From an uncultured Planctomycetaceae bacterium (GTDB lineage: Bacteria > Planctomycetota > Planctomycetia > Planctomycetales > Planctomycetaceae), in the NCBI GenBank assembly GCA_963815195.1, contig CAWFGE010000015.1, positions 672,001-736,000 of the forward strand: DNA of 64,000 nt. Reading direction: 5' to 3'. The notes beneath the pieces were generated by a model. That model had not been told where the DNA came from, made no database searches, and saw only the letters and a program-made list of their open reading frames with translations. This document shows, in pieces, positions 29,247-38,704 of the stretch. Position 1 is the first letter of the stretch, and the number at the start of each line of letters is the position of its first letter. Position numbers and translations under genes: made by a program.

Positions 29247-30218
29247 CTATTCTGTTTGTTCGCAAACTTCAAATGGTTTCGTGCAGGTTCCGTCCGGCAA
29301 ATTGACGGGGCCGCGGATGGCGGCGTGCGGGCCGATCTGGCAGTTTTTGCCGATCACGGCGGGGCCTTCGATGGTCGTGAACGGGTGAATGACCGTATCG
29401 GGGCCGATCTCGGCGCGGGGATCGATCGCGGTTTGTTCCGGAGCGACCACGGTTACGCCCGCCAGCATCAGGTCCTCCAGCGTCCGGTCCTGAATCGCCC
29501 GGCGGACGGCCGCCAATTGCACGCGCGTGTTGACGCCCATCGCTTCCAGGATGTCGAACTTGGGGCAGGCGAGCACGGGCCGGGCGTCGGCTTTGAGAAT
29601 CGCCGGGCAGTCGGTGAGGTAGTATTCTTTTTGCGTGTTGTTGGTATCGAGCCGGGTCAGCGCCGATAACAGGGCCTGGCCGTCGAACGCATAACAGCCG
29701 GTGTTGATTTCCTGGATCGCTTGCTGCTCGGGGGTGGCGTCTTTTTGCTCGACGATGCCCACGAACTCGCCCCGGGCATCGCGGACGATCCGGCCCAGGC
29801 CTTGATTGGCTTCGGTGACGGCGGTGCCGATCACGCAGCCCGCCTGGTGCGAAGATTGCTCCTCAATCAGGCCGCGGAGCGATTCCGCTTTGAGCAGCGG
29901 CGTATCTCCGGCCAGGATCAGGACCGCTCCCTCGTGGCCGGCCAACTGGTCGCGGCACATCATCACCGCATGACCGGTGCCGAGCTGTTCGGACTGGAGG
30001 GCAAATTCCACGTCGGAATGCCGGCGGAGCTCGGCTTTCACGCGGTCCGCTTCGTGGCCCACGACGACCACCATCCGCCCCACGCCGGCTTTGCGGGCGG
30101 CATCCAGAACATAATCGATCATTGGCCGGCCGAAGACTTCGTGGATGACCTTCGGCGTGTCCGACTTCATCCGCGTGCTTTTCCCCGCCGCCAAAATCAC
30201 CGCCATCGGCTGATTCAT
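29247..30218 (-). CDS. glmU: GlmU-like uridyltransferase with only a short hexapeptide tail
   Basis: VILAAGKSTRMKS..PKVIHE, QSEQLGTGHAV, EINTGCY, NTQKEYYLTD, MGVNTRVQLA; 323 aa. Confidence 0.75.
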   Translation of the reverse strand: MNQPMAVILAAGKSTRMKSDTPKVIHEVFGRPMIDYVLDAARKAGVGRMVVVVGHEADRVKAELRRHSDVEFALQSEQLGTGHAVMMCRDQLAGHEGAVLILAGDTPLLKAESLRGLIEEQSSHQAGCVIGTAVTEANQGLGRIVRDARGEFVGIVEQKDATPEQQAIQEINTGCYAFDGQALLSALTRLDTNNTQKEYYLTDCPAILKADARPVLACPKFDILEAMGVNTRVQLAAVRRAIQDRTLEDLMLAGVTVVAPEQTAIDPRAEIGPDTVIHPFTTIEGPAVIGKNCQIGPHAAIRGPVNLPDGTCTKPFEVCEQTE

Positions 30219-30528
30219 CCCAGCCTCCTTGAATCAAATCGTTGTTTCGCCGCGCGCCGCTCCCAAAAATGGAGCGCGTGCCGGCATCTTCGTGGGGACC
30301 GGAATGATCGTCAAGTCGAGCGGGAACCCGCACAAGGCCCTTTCTGGGCATGCTGCGCCCAAATCTTTTCCTTGAAACAGGTTCCGGCAAGCGGCCCTTC
30401 ATGTTTCCTCGGAAATTTACAAAACTCATGCGATCTGCCGCGGGCGAATGTGACGACAATGAGAACAGGGCGTCAAAACGCGATCCCGAGACGTTTCGGT
30501 GCGCTTTCAAGGAAGGGGGCAGATCATC

Positions 30529-31530
30529 GTGAATCGCAGGATGGGGAGATGGGCGCTGACGATGCTGCTGCTCGCGGGCGGTTTGGGAAAAGGGCTTCCC
30601 GAAGCAGCCGCCGACGTTTCCTGCGCTGGGGCTCCCGTCGCGCTGACTCCCGAACATTTCACCGAGCCGGTCTGCGTTTTCGTGCGGAGCCGCGGATGCC
30701 CGCAATCGCACGGACTGAACGTGCCGGTCTGCAATTTCGATTACGAATACTACGGTCCCGACAAAGGCTTTCACCCGGTTTCGGGCGAAGCCTTGTTCCA
30801 GGTCTTGCCGCCCGGCATTCCGGTCCTGATTTTGATCCACGGCAGTTTTGTGGATTACGAGGATGAGCCGGAATTGCTGTATTCTTTTGAATGGATTCGC
30901 TCCGGCGTGCCGCACCAGCCGCTGTTGGTGTTGTGCTACCGCTGGCCGAGCGATGTCAGTTGCTGCAAGGCGCTTTTGGGCACGTTCGCGGTCTGCCAGA
31001 TGGCCCAGCGGTCGGAGTTTCACGGGTTCTATCTTGTGCAGCTCATCAATCAAATCCCGGCGGAGAACCCGGTGCGGTTGATCGGACACAGCCACGGCTG
31101 CCGCATGATCTCCTCCGCGCTGCATCTCTTGTCCGGGGGCAAGGTCGACGGGCGACCGCTCCCGCCTTGCTCGCTGTCCAACCGGGCGTTCCGGGTCAGT
31201 TTTTTTTCCGCCGCTCTCGATCACGACTGGTTCAACCCCGGCCAAAAATACGACCAGGCGATCCATCGGATGTGCTGGCTGCAAAACTTCAAACACACGC
31301 TGGATTGGGCCTTGTTGACCTATCCCGGGCGGTATCCGGGCAGCAGCCGGGCGCTCGGGCAAACGGGGTTTACGCGAAAAGACCTGCGGCGTCTCGGTCC
31401 CGAGACTTGCAAAATTCAGGACATCAAAAACGGCCAGGGCATGCTCTTGTGGGGGCATGGCATGAAGTCCCATCTGACGGACGACATCAAGCCCCTCGTC
31501 CTCAGCAACATGCTCAGTCCATGCGACTAA
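30529..31530 (+). CDS. Secreted alpha/beta hydrolase-fold protein
   Basis: VLILIHGSF, YRWPS, LIGHSHGCR (GxSxG), ALGQTG. Confidence 0.7.
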   Translation: MNRRMGRWALTMLLLAGGLGKGLPEAAADVSCAGAPVALTPEHFTEPVCVFVRSRGCPQSHGLNVPVCNFDYEYYGPDKGFHPVSGEALFQVLPPGIPVLILIHGSFVDYEDEPELLYSFEWIRSGVPHQPLLVLCYRWPSDVSCCKALLGTFAVCQMAQRSEFHGFYLVQLINQIPAENPVRLIGHSHGCRMISSALHLLSGGKVDGRPLPPCSLSNRAFRVSFFSAALDHDWFNPGQKYDQAIHRMCWLQNFKHTLDWALLTYPGRYPGSSRALGQTGFTRKDLRRLGPETCKIQDIKNGQGMLLWGHGMKSHLTDDIKPLVLSNMLSPCD

Positions 31531-32342
31531 TCCCCGCAGAGTCGCCCGATGACCTCCAGCAAGACGGTCGCGGGGGTGAGTTTGGAGAGCACGACCGCGC
31601 GCCCCGATTTTCCCAGCCGCTCGTGATCTTCGGGATAAACGATCCCCAAAACGATCACGAACCGGGCTTCGGGATGCCGCTGCCGGAGGGACTCGAACTG
31701 GTGTTCCCGCTCCGGGGTGAAGGGGTCCAAATCCACGATCCCCACGTCGAAGTGTTGGGCCGCGTCCTCCAGGGGAACGTCAAAGTCCATCACCGAAAGC
31801 CCGGCCGATCGGCACAGGCCGGCGAGCCAGGCTTGAAACTCGCGGTCGGGGCTGTTGACGGCGATCAGGCGATTCGCGGAGGCCAATTGCGGAAACGGAG
31901 ACCTGTTCTCGAACTCCACGATCTCATCGCGGGCCGCCGTCAGCGCGAGGGCGGTGGTATCGCCCCGCACGACGTCCGCTTCGAGAATCAGCCGGTTTTC
32001 CCAAGCTGAGATGGGGATCCGAACCGCCGCCGGCCACCGCGAACCGTGCCGGCCTTCGGATTCGCACCACGCTCCACAGACGCAAATCCACCGGGCCAGC
32101 GGCAGAACCTCGAAGGCTGTCTGCACCTCTTCTGCCGCATATTCATCCCGCCAAAGCTGGCCGACAATCACCAGGTCGGGAAAAAAGCTTTCCGCCCGAA
32201 TGCAGGCGATCAGGTCGGATAAGTCGGGAAACGTGCGAATCTCCCAACCGTCCAATTCGCGGGCCACCGCCTCGCGCACCGACCGCATTTCCGCCGCGTG
32301 CATCTCCCCGACCACGGCACCCCGAAAAGACGATTCGTCCAT
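31527..32342 (-). CDS. Hypothetical protein with degenerate receiver-like (CheY-fold) segments
   Basis: PDLVIVG, FDVGIVDLD, VLSKL; downstream of the CBS gene on the same strand. Confidence 0.5.
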   Translation of the reverse strand: MDESSFRGAVVGEMHAAEMRSVREAVARELDGWEIRTFPDLSDLIACIRAESFFPDLVIVGQLWRDEYAAEEVQTAFEVLPLARWICVCGAWCESEGRHGSRWPAAVRIPISAWENRLILEADVVRGDTTALALTAARDEIVEFENRSPFPQLASANRLIAVNSPDREFQAWLAGLCRSAGLSVMDFDVPLEDAAQHFDVGIVDLDPFTPEREHQFESLRQRHPEARFVIVLGIVYPEDHERLGKSGRAVVLSKLTPATVLLEVIGRLCGD

Positions 32343-32394
32343 GCGAACTCTTCAATGGAAGAAAACCATTCAACGAAATCCCGCGACAGAGACA

Positions 32395-32916
32395 TCACGA
32401 CACCCGGGGAGACAACTCCGCGAAGCGGTTGCAGAGATACCCCAAAATGTCCCGAATGGATATGATCCCGTGCGGTTTGCCGTCGCCATGAACGACCGGC
32501 AGATGGCGGTAGCCTCCCAAATCCATCGTGTGCATCGCAAAGGCGATGGAATCCCCCAAGGTCACTGTCATGGGCGATTTGGTCATAAATTCCTGAACGG
32601 GCCGATCCATCACCGCCGGGTTTTCCGAGATGCGGTTGAGCACGTCCCGCTCGGTGAAAATGCCGACGAGTTCCCCGCCATCTTCCACAAGCACACAGCC
32701 GATGCCCCTCGCCACCAGGCCCTGGATGGCATCGCGGACGGTCGTCGCCGGGTTAATCGCGACGGGGACGTGAGGCTTCAGCGATTCAATCGTTTCGCGG
32801 GTAATCGCTTGCTCGAGCTCGCTTTCGGAGTAATCCATGTCCACGAGCGGTTGCCCACAGGCCTCGCAGTGATCCATGCCATCGATATTGTCATGACCGC
32901 AATCGGGACAGTGCAT
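32395..32916 (-). CDS. Zinc-ribbon + CBS-pair protein
   Basis: MHCPDCGHDNIDGMDHCEACGQ; LVGIFTERDVL; YRHLPVV..GIISIRDIL. Confidence 0.88.
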   Translation of the reverse strand: MHCPDCGHDNIDGMDHCEACGQPLVDMDYSESELEQAITRETIESLKPHVPVAINPATTVRDAIQGLVARGIGCVLVEDGGELVGIFTERDVLNRISENPAVMDRPVQEFMTKSPMTVTLGDSIAFAMHTMDLGGYRHLPVVHGDGKPHGIISIRDILGYLCNRFAELSPRVS

Positions 32917-33080
32917 TTCCATCTCCCGGATTAAAACAGGACCGGTTCCCATGTCGAAACCACAAGCATTGTAGTTGATTTTCGCCCCGAAGGGGAGTGC
33001 TACAAAAGCCAACCCTGAACGGCGAGTGTGTCTCACGAAATTCGGTGGAAAATGACTGGACGTATTTTTCAAGTGGTTCT

Positions 33081-33160
33081 GGGTGGCACGCCCTGAGGCA
33101 CGAAGGGCGTGGTCTTTGAAATGGCCACGCCCTTCGCTGAGGCTCAGGGACGTGCCACCC
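33081..33160. repeat. REP-like palindromic element (family B, copy 1)
   Basis: gggtggcacgccctgag..gaagggcgtgg..ccacgcccttcg..ctcagggacgtgccaccc; near-identical copy at 52071-52149. Confidence 0.9.
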
Positions 33161-33174
33161 CGCACGGCCTCCCA

Positions 33175-34086
33175 TCAGGTGACGAAGATCCAGCGGCCCA
33201 AAGTTGTGGCCGGGATCAATAAGGCCGCCACCATCACCGCGGGCGTCACCTGTTCGGTTTTGATGAACACGAGCATGGCGTCGAGCATAATCAGCGAGAG
33301 AAGCATCACCCGAATCGCCCCTTGGACACGTTCCGGGCGGGGATCGCGAAGAGCCAGGACGGGCTGGCGATTGATGGCCAGCAGGATCGCCCCGAACCCC
33401 AGGCAAAGAGCGGTCTGATCGGGCCGGCCCGTCGTAAACTTCACCACCCAGCCCAGGAGCAGAAGCAAACCCGCGTTGGCGACGATCAAAGCGCCGAGCA
33501 GATGCCGGCGGTCGCTTTGGCGGGCTTCCTGCCGGGCAAACCAGGTGACGCCGGCGATGTAAATTCCCAACCCCGCCGCGATCCAGAGCTGCGGGCTTTG
33601 GAGCGGGCTCACACCCCACACCTGAAACGCCCGCTCGAGCGAACTGGCTCCCAAGATGACATTCAAAAATCGGCACCCGCCCATCACCACCGGCCCGAGC
33701 ACCGTCTTCTTCGCCCAGCCGTCGTAAGCCAGAATGAAGGCCGACAACAGCAGCGCGACAAAGAGGCTGTTGACGCCCACGGTGCTTGCCGCTCCGATCC
33801 CGGCGAGCATCAACATCGCCCCCAGTGCCGCCGCGGCTTGGACCGAAATCCGCCCCGAAGGAATCGGCCGCTCCGGCCGTTCCTGGGCATCGATCCCGCG
33901 GTCGAACACATCGTTAAATATCATCCCCGCCAAGTACAGGCAGGACGATGCCAGCACCAACAATCCCAAGTCCCACGGGGCTTCCGCGAAGCTCACACGG
34001 TTCAACGTAAACCCCAGAAACACATCCGCCATCGCGGTAAACACCGCCGGAAACCGCATCAATTGCAAATACGCGCGAACAGACAT
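33175..34086 (-). CDS. UbiA-family prenyltransferase (EboC-like)
   Basis: YLQLMRFPAVFTAMADV, YLAGMIFNDVFDRGIDAQERPERPIPSGRI, MGGCRFLNVILG; multi-TM. Confidence 0.88.
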   Translation of the reverse strand: MSVRAYLQLMRFPAVFTAMADVFLGFTLNRVSFAEAPWDLGLLVLASSCLYLAGMIFNDVFDRGIDAQERPERPIPSGRISVQAAAALGAMLMLAGIGAASTVGVNSLFVALLLSAFILAYDGWAKKTVLGPVVMGGCRFLNVILGASSLERAFQVWGVSPLQSPQLWIAAGLGIYIAGVTWFARQEARQSDRRHLLGALIVANAGLLLLLGWVVKFTTGRPDQTALCLGFGAILLAINRQPVLALRDPRPERVQGAIRVMLLSLIMLDAMLVFIKTEQVTPAVMVAALLIPATTLGRWIFVT

Positions 34087-34089
34087 GAG

Positions 34090-34348
34090 CCACCACGAAA
34101 CACACGAAAAATAGACAAGCGAAGAGGGAGGATCGAAAAAAACCAGCGCTTTTGTTGGGCCACTTTATGATCCGGCGGAGAAAGGCGGGAACCACGAATG
34201 ACACGAATCACACAAATGTGTGGAGGTCGCGAATAAACAGCGTCCCCAGCAACAAGAAGAGGGACCACGAAATACACGAAAAAAAAGATTGAATGACTCC
34301 TTCCGATTGAATCTCCAAACATTCGTGTGATTCGTGTCATTCGTGGTT
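34090..34348. repeat. ACCACGAA-type short tandem/inverted repeats
   Basis: aaccacgaatgacacgaatcacacaaat (34190-34217) inverted with attcgtgtgattcgtgtcattcgtggtt (34321-34348); partial direct copies near 34092 and 34264. Confidence 0.8.
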
Positions 34349-34532
34349 TCCGACGGGGTGGCTGGGCGCAAAGGAATGTTCCAAGGAAAAAGGAGATTTG
34401 AGGCCTGGGGCCGTGTGAGATTTTTCTCGCCGGGCCACAGCCCCAGCTTTCGCAGTTCAAACCTTATTCCAAGGGGGATTTGCGCCCCAGCCACCCAGAC
34501 GCTTACAGTTTGAGAAACATGAAACGTGTAAC

Positions 34533-36356
34533 TCAAAACTGGGCGTCGATCCACGATTGCAGGCCGGCTTTGACGCTCGCCGTCGCCGTGGCGGCTTGCT
34601 GTTTGATCTCGGGGAGTTTTTCCAGCGAGTCCGCGGGCGACTGGGTGAAAAGATAAAACTTGATCTTCGGCTCCGTTCCCGACGGGCGGACGGCGATTTT
34701 GAATCGGCAGCCCGCGGCGGACGCCTCGAAAATCAACAGGTTGCTGACCGGCTCCGGCAGGTCGGCGACCTGTTGATTGGAAGGCAATTCGCGGACTTCG
34801 TTCACGCCCTTTGCATAATCGCGAACCCGCGTGAGCCGGCCTTCGCCCCAGGTCTCCGGCGGCGTCCTGCGGAAGGCGTTCAACAGGGCGAGCATCTGCT
34901 CTTTGCCCGTCGCACCCTTGCAGGCGTGGGAGATCTGCCCTTCCCAATAGTAGGCCCCTTGTTCCACGTAGAGTTCATCGAGCCGATCCAACAGCGTTTT
35001 GCCCTCGGCCTTTAATTCCGCGGCCAACTCGGCGGCATAGAGCGCGGCGACGCCGGCATCTTTGTCCCGGCAATACTCGCCGGCGAGATAGCCCAGCGAC
35101 TCCTCCGCCCCGAACAGAAATCTCTCCGGCCCTTCCCGCTCCATTGTCTGGGCAATGTATTTGAAGCCCACGAGCAAATCGCTGATGACCCGCACGCCGT
35201 GCGACTTCGCGATCGCTTCGATCAACGGCGTGGTCACGAGCGTTTCGACGACATAGCCGCCCGCGGGAATCGTCCCGGCCGCCGATCGCTTGCGGAGCAC
35301 ATAATCCACCAACAGCGCGCCGACCTGGTTGCCTGTCAGCGGGATAAACTCGCCGGCCCCGTTTTTCACAACGACGCCCAAGCGGTCGGCATCGGGGTCC
35401 GAGGCGAGAATGATTTCTTCCCCCGTTTGCTTCGCCTGCTCGATCGCGGGGTTGAAGACCTCCGCGCGTTCGGGGTTGGGCAGATGATCGGGCACGTTGG
35501 GGAAATTGCCGTCGGGCGTTGATTGCGGCTCGAACATGGAAATCCCCGCAAAGCCCGCCCGCCTTAGCACTGGAAACACCGAAGTCCCGCCCACGCCATG
35601 CAGCGGCGTGAACAGGCCTTTGATCTCGCGCTGGCCGGAGAGGCTCTGTGCCAAGATCGCCTCAAAGAAGGGCTCGTCCACGGACGTCCCGACGATCTCG
35701 ATTTGCCCCGCTTGGAGGGCCTCGTCGAGATTCGCGCGGGGGATTTCGCCGGAGTCGTAAACGCATTGGATGATGCCCTCGTCGTGCGGGGGCAGAACCT
35801 GTCCGCCGTGGCTCCAATAGGCTTTGAATCCGTTGTCGGCGGGCGGGTTGTGGGAGGCGGAAACCACCACCCCGATGTCGCAGCCGAGGTGCCGGACGGC
35901 GAACGACAATTCCGGCGTCGAGCGGTGCGCATCGAACAGGTACACCTTGAGGCCCCGCGCGGCGAAAATGCACGCCGCGAGCTCGGCGAACTCGCGGGAG
36001 CGGTTGCGGGTGTCGTGGGCGATGACCGCCGAGCCGCCCCCGCGGCCGCGGGTCTTTTGGAGATAGCGGGCCATGCCGTCGGCGGATTCCGCGATCGTCC
36101 GCTCGTTGATCGTGGCCGACCCGAACTCGGACATCATCCCCCGCCGGCCGCCGGTGCCGAAGGGAATCACCTCCCAAAACAACAGGTCGAGTTCCTCGAA
36201 TGCCCCATCTTTCACCATGTCCGCCAGCCGGCCCTGGTAGGCCTGGTACTGAGGCTCCGTGAGCCAGCGGGTCAGGTTTTCGCCGGCGGATTCGGAAAGC
36301 GTTTTGGCTTGGACGGCGGTTCGGACGAGTTCAACGGCATCGGAGGCGCCGGTCAT
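34533..36356 (-). CDS. Phosphoglucomutase/phosphomannomutase family phospho-sugar mutase
   Basis: FGTGGRRG, SASHNP, DPDADR, GAEESLG, VRPSGTEPKIKFY. Confidence 0.95.
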   Translation of the reverse strand: MTGASDAVELVRTAVQAKTLSESAGENLTRWLTEPQYQAYQGRLADMVKDGAFEELDLLFWEVIPFGTGGRRGMMSEFGSATINERTIAESADGMARYLQKTRGRGGGSAVIAHDTRNRSREFAELAACIFAARGLKVYLFDAHRSTPELSFAVRHLGCDIGVVVSASHNPPADNGFKAYWSHGGQVLPPHDEGIIQCVYDSGEIPRANLDEALQAGQIEIVGTSVDEPFFEAILAQSLSGQREIKGLFTPLHGVGGTSVFPVLRRAGFAGISMFEPQSTPDGNFPNVPDHLPNPERAEVFNPAIEQAKQTGEEIILASDPDADRLGVVVKNGAGEFIPLTGNQVGALLVDYVLRKRSAAGTIPAGGYVVETLVTTPLIEAIAKSHGVRVISDLLVGFKYIAQTMEREGPERFLFGAEESLGYLAGEYCRDKDAGVAALYAAELAAELKAEGKTLLDRLDELYVEQGAYYWEGQISHACKGATGKEQMLALLNAFRRTPPETWGEGRLTRVRDYAKGVNEVRELPSNQQVADLPEPVSNLLIFEASAAGCRFKIAVRPSGTEPKIKFYLFTQSPADSLEKLPEIKQQAATATASVKAGLQSWIDAQF

Positions 36357-36477
36357 CGGAAAAATCCTTGCTGCGTAACGGAGAACTGGGTTTCGATCGA
36401 CTGGGCGCACTATAGCAAATCGAAACGCATTGTTCCCGTCCGGGTTTTCCCCTTCGCGAAGCGGTTGTGATTTTTTC

Positions 36478-36534
36478 CGTCGCGGCGGCTTCCAGCCGCC
36501 GACACGACAACGGCGGCAAGATGCCGCCGTTACG
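36478..36534. repeat. REP doublet
   Basis: gtcgcggcggcttccagccgccg...cggcggcaagatgccgccgttac; overlaps the stop codon of the SGNH gene. Confidence 0.75.
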
Positions 36535-37630
36535 GGTCCTGCCGTCCTTCTTCCTCGAGCAAAAACGGCAAGATGGCCTGGGCGGCGAGTTCGTGGGCGC
36601 GGGCGTTGGGGTGGGCGTCGAAGAGGCTCACCGTGAGGTTTTCGTCCGCGTGCTCGCTCAATATCGAATGCAAATCGAGCACCGGGATGTTCTGCTCTTC
36701 GCAAAATGTCCGCACAACTTTTCGCGCCTGATCGAACGGCGACGCTTGATCCAGGTTTTGCAGGAACGGAAAAATCACGACCTCGAGCTTGATCTTCCGC
36801 GATTTGCAAAACCCGGCGAAGACTTCAAGCTGTGCCCGCATTTTTTGCCAAGGCGCGCCGCGGTAGTAATCCGCCAGAAACCCGTAATAATCCCGCGCCC
36901 CCGGCACACTCGCCAGCCGGATGCGGTAATAAAGCAGATTGAAAAAATACGTATCCCGAAACAGCGGGAACTGCGGTTTCACATCCGCGAGTTCGTGCAT
37001 CAGCTTCATGAAGTCGGGATGATAGACCTCGATGTCGTTCGGGCAAAACACATACACCAGCGTGTCAATGCGGATCTGCTCGTCGGCCATTTTCCGCACG
37101 AGGGCCTCGTCCCAATCCAGATCGGTCCCCGAGTCGGCCAGATTCGTGACGAGATATTCTCCCGGAAAGTCGGTTTCGAGTTTCGCGCGGATGCGGTTGG
37201 TGAAGCGGTCGGAGACATCCGCGACGCCGTGCCCGAAGGTGAAGCTGTCGCCGATAAAGCAAATATGCCGGCGGTCTTGGGGAACGGGCCGCGGGAACAC
37301 CTGGTCGTCGCGGTACTTGATCCCTTCGCTGCCGAGCCTTAGCGCGTGCTGCTCGGGCTCCACATGCCGGCGGAACCAGACCTTGGAGACGTTCGACATG
37401 TTGAACGAATCCGTTCCATCAAAGAACAAGGCGAAGTACAACTCCACCCCGGTGAGCAGCGACAGAAGCAGCCACACGGACAACAGCAGATTGGCGAGCG
37501 CGGGTTTTCGCCCCAATCGGCGAACCCGTCGCCGCCATTTCAACAATCCCCAAAACGCGATGCACCCCGCCAAGAGCCACAGGCTCATGCCGATGAGATA
37601 CGCATCGGAAAGGGCAAACAACCAGGCCAT
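36530..37630 (-). CDS. Membrane-anchored SGNH/GDSL hydrolase
   Basis: N-terminal TM helices; FIGDSFTFGHGV; FCPND; DAHPN. Confidence 0.88.
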   Translation of the reverse strand: MAWLFALSDAYLIGMSLWLLAGCIAFWGLLKWRRRVRRLGRKPALANLLLSVWLLLSLLTGVELYFALFFDGTDSFNMSNVSKVWFRRHVEPEQHALRLGSEGIKYRDDQVFPRPVPQDRRHICFIGDSFTFGHGVADVSDRFTNRIRAKLETDFPGEYLVTNLADSGTDLDWDEALVRKMADEQIRIDTLVYVFCPNDIEVYHPDFMKLMHELADVKPQFPLFRDTYFFNLLYYRIRLASVPGARDYYGFLADYYRGAPWQKMRAQLEVFAGFCKSRKIKLEVVIFPFLQNLDQASPFDQARKVVRTFCEEQNIPVLDLHSILSEHADENLTVSLFDAHPNARAHELAAQAILPFLLEEEGRQDP

Positions 37631-37756
37631 GTTAAAACTTCGACAAACGATCAATCCGCAAAGATCTCCCACCGGATCATAGCAGGTCGATCGCGGCGAA
37701 GGAAAACCGGCACCGGCGGGGGACGTCAAAAAGGGTGCATTCCGACGCGTGGGGTT

Positions 37757-38569
37757 TCAAATGAAGGTTTTTGTTCCGACAAAGATCGCAACCGCCACGA
37801 TGCCGACCGCGAAGACTTTTTGCAATAGGGGGGCCCGTAGCCGTTTGCCGAGCCACGTCCCCAAGAACATGCCGAGCACTCCGCCTGCGACGAACAACCC
37901 GGTGACGACGAGAGGAATCCCCCGGCCCGCCACGAAATGCGAGGAAACGCCGGAGATGCTCACCAGCACAATCACCAACAACGACGTGGCAATGGCCCGG
38001 CGAATCGGCATGCCGCTGAACAGCACCAGCGCGGGCACAATCACAAACCCGCCGCCCACGCCAAACAAGCCCGACAAGACGCCCGTGGCGAGACCCACAA
38101 CGGCTAAAATCGCGGCACAGCGAGAGGTCAAATGCAATTCGCCGGCTTCCGAACGCCGGCAGGCGCGGCCCGGCTCTTCGGTCTCGCAAAGGCCTCCGGG
38201 CAATTCTTGACGGTCCGCTTTCCACCACATTTGCCCCGCCACAACCAGCATCAAGACCGCGAACATCATCAACAACAGGGATTCGGAAATCCAACTCCCC
38301 ATCCAAGTGCCCAACGGAGCGCCGGCCATTCCAGCGACCGCAAACAAGACGCCCGTGCCAAATTCCACTTGCCGCGTTCGCAGTCGCGCGAGAACGCCCG
38401 CCAACGCCATGGCCCCCACCGCCGCCAGCGAAATCCCAAAAGCCTCGCGGGGATCGATCGACAACCCGTAAACCAACAGCGGCACCGCAAGCAGCGACCC
38501 TCCGCCGCCGGTCAGCCCCAGCGCAAATCCGACCGCCGCTCCGAAGAGAATGCTTAAGATGTCCACCAT
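37757..38569 (-). CDS. Sulfite exporter TauE/SafE family protein
   Basis: GLTGGGGSLLAVPLL and GLFGVGGGFVIVPAL repeats; AIATSL. Confidence 0.92.
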   Translation of the reverse strand: MVDILSILFGAAVGFALGLTGGGGSLLAVPLLVYGLSIDPREAFGISLAAVGAMALAGVLARLRTRQVEFGTGVLFAVAGMAGAPLGTWMGSWISESLLLMMFAVLMLVVAGQMWWKADRQELPGGLCETEEPGRACRRSEAGELHLTSRCAAILAVVGLATGVLSGLFGVGGGFVIVPALVLFSGMPIRRAIATSLLVIVLVSISGVSSHFVAGRGIPLVVTGLFVAGGVLGMFLGTWLGKRLRAPLLQKVFAVGIVAVAIFVGTKTFI

Positions 38570-38704
38570 GAGCAGAGCCTTGCGGGTTTTCGTTTTGAAC
38601 GTCGTCGGGTGAGTTCTTTACAACAATATATCGCAACATCACGAAATGTCAATGTAAATTCCGGGAGAAGTGCGGGTGGTAGCGAAAACGCCCGCGGCCG
38701 AGGC

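Noticed and set aside
33175..34086. Complete ebo gene cluster
   Set aside because: Only the EboC-like prenyltransferase is present; no other ebo-like genes flank it here.
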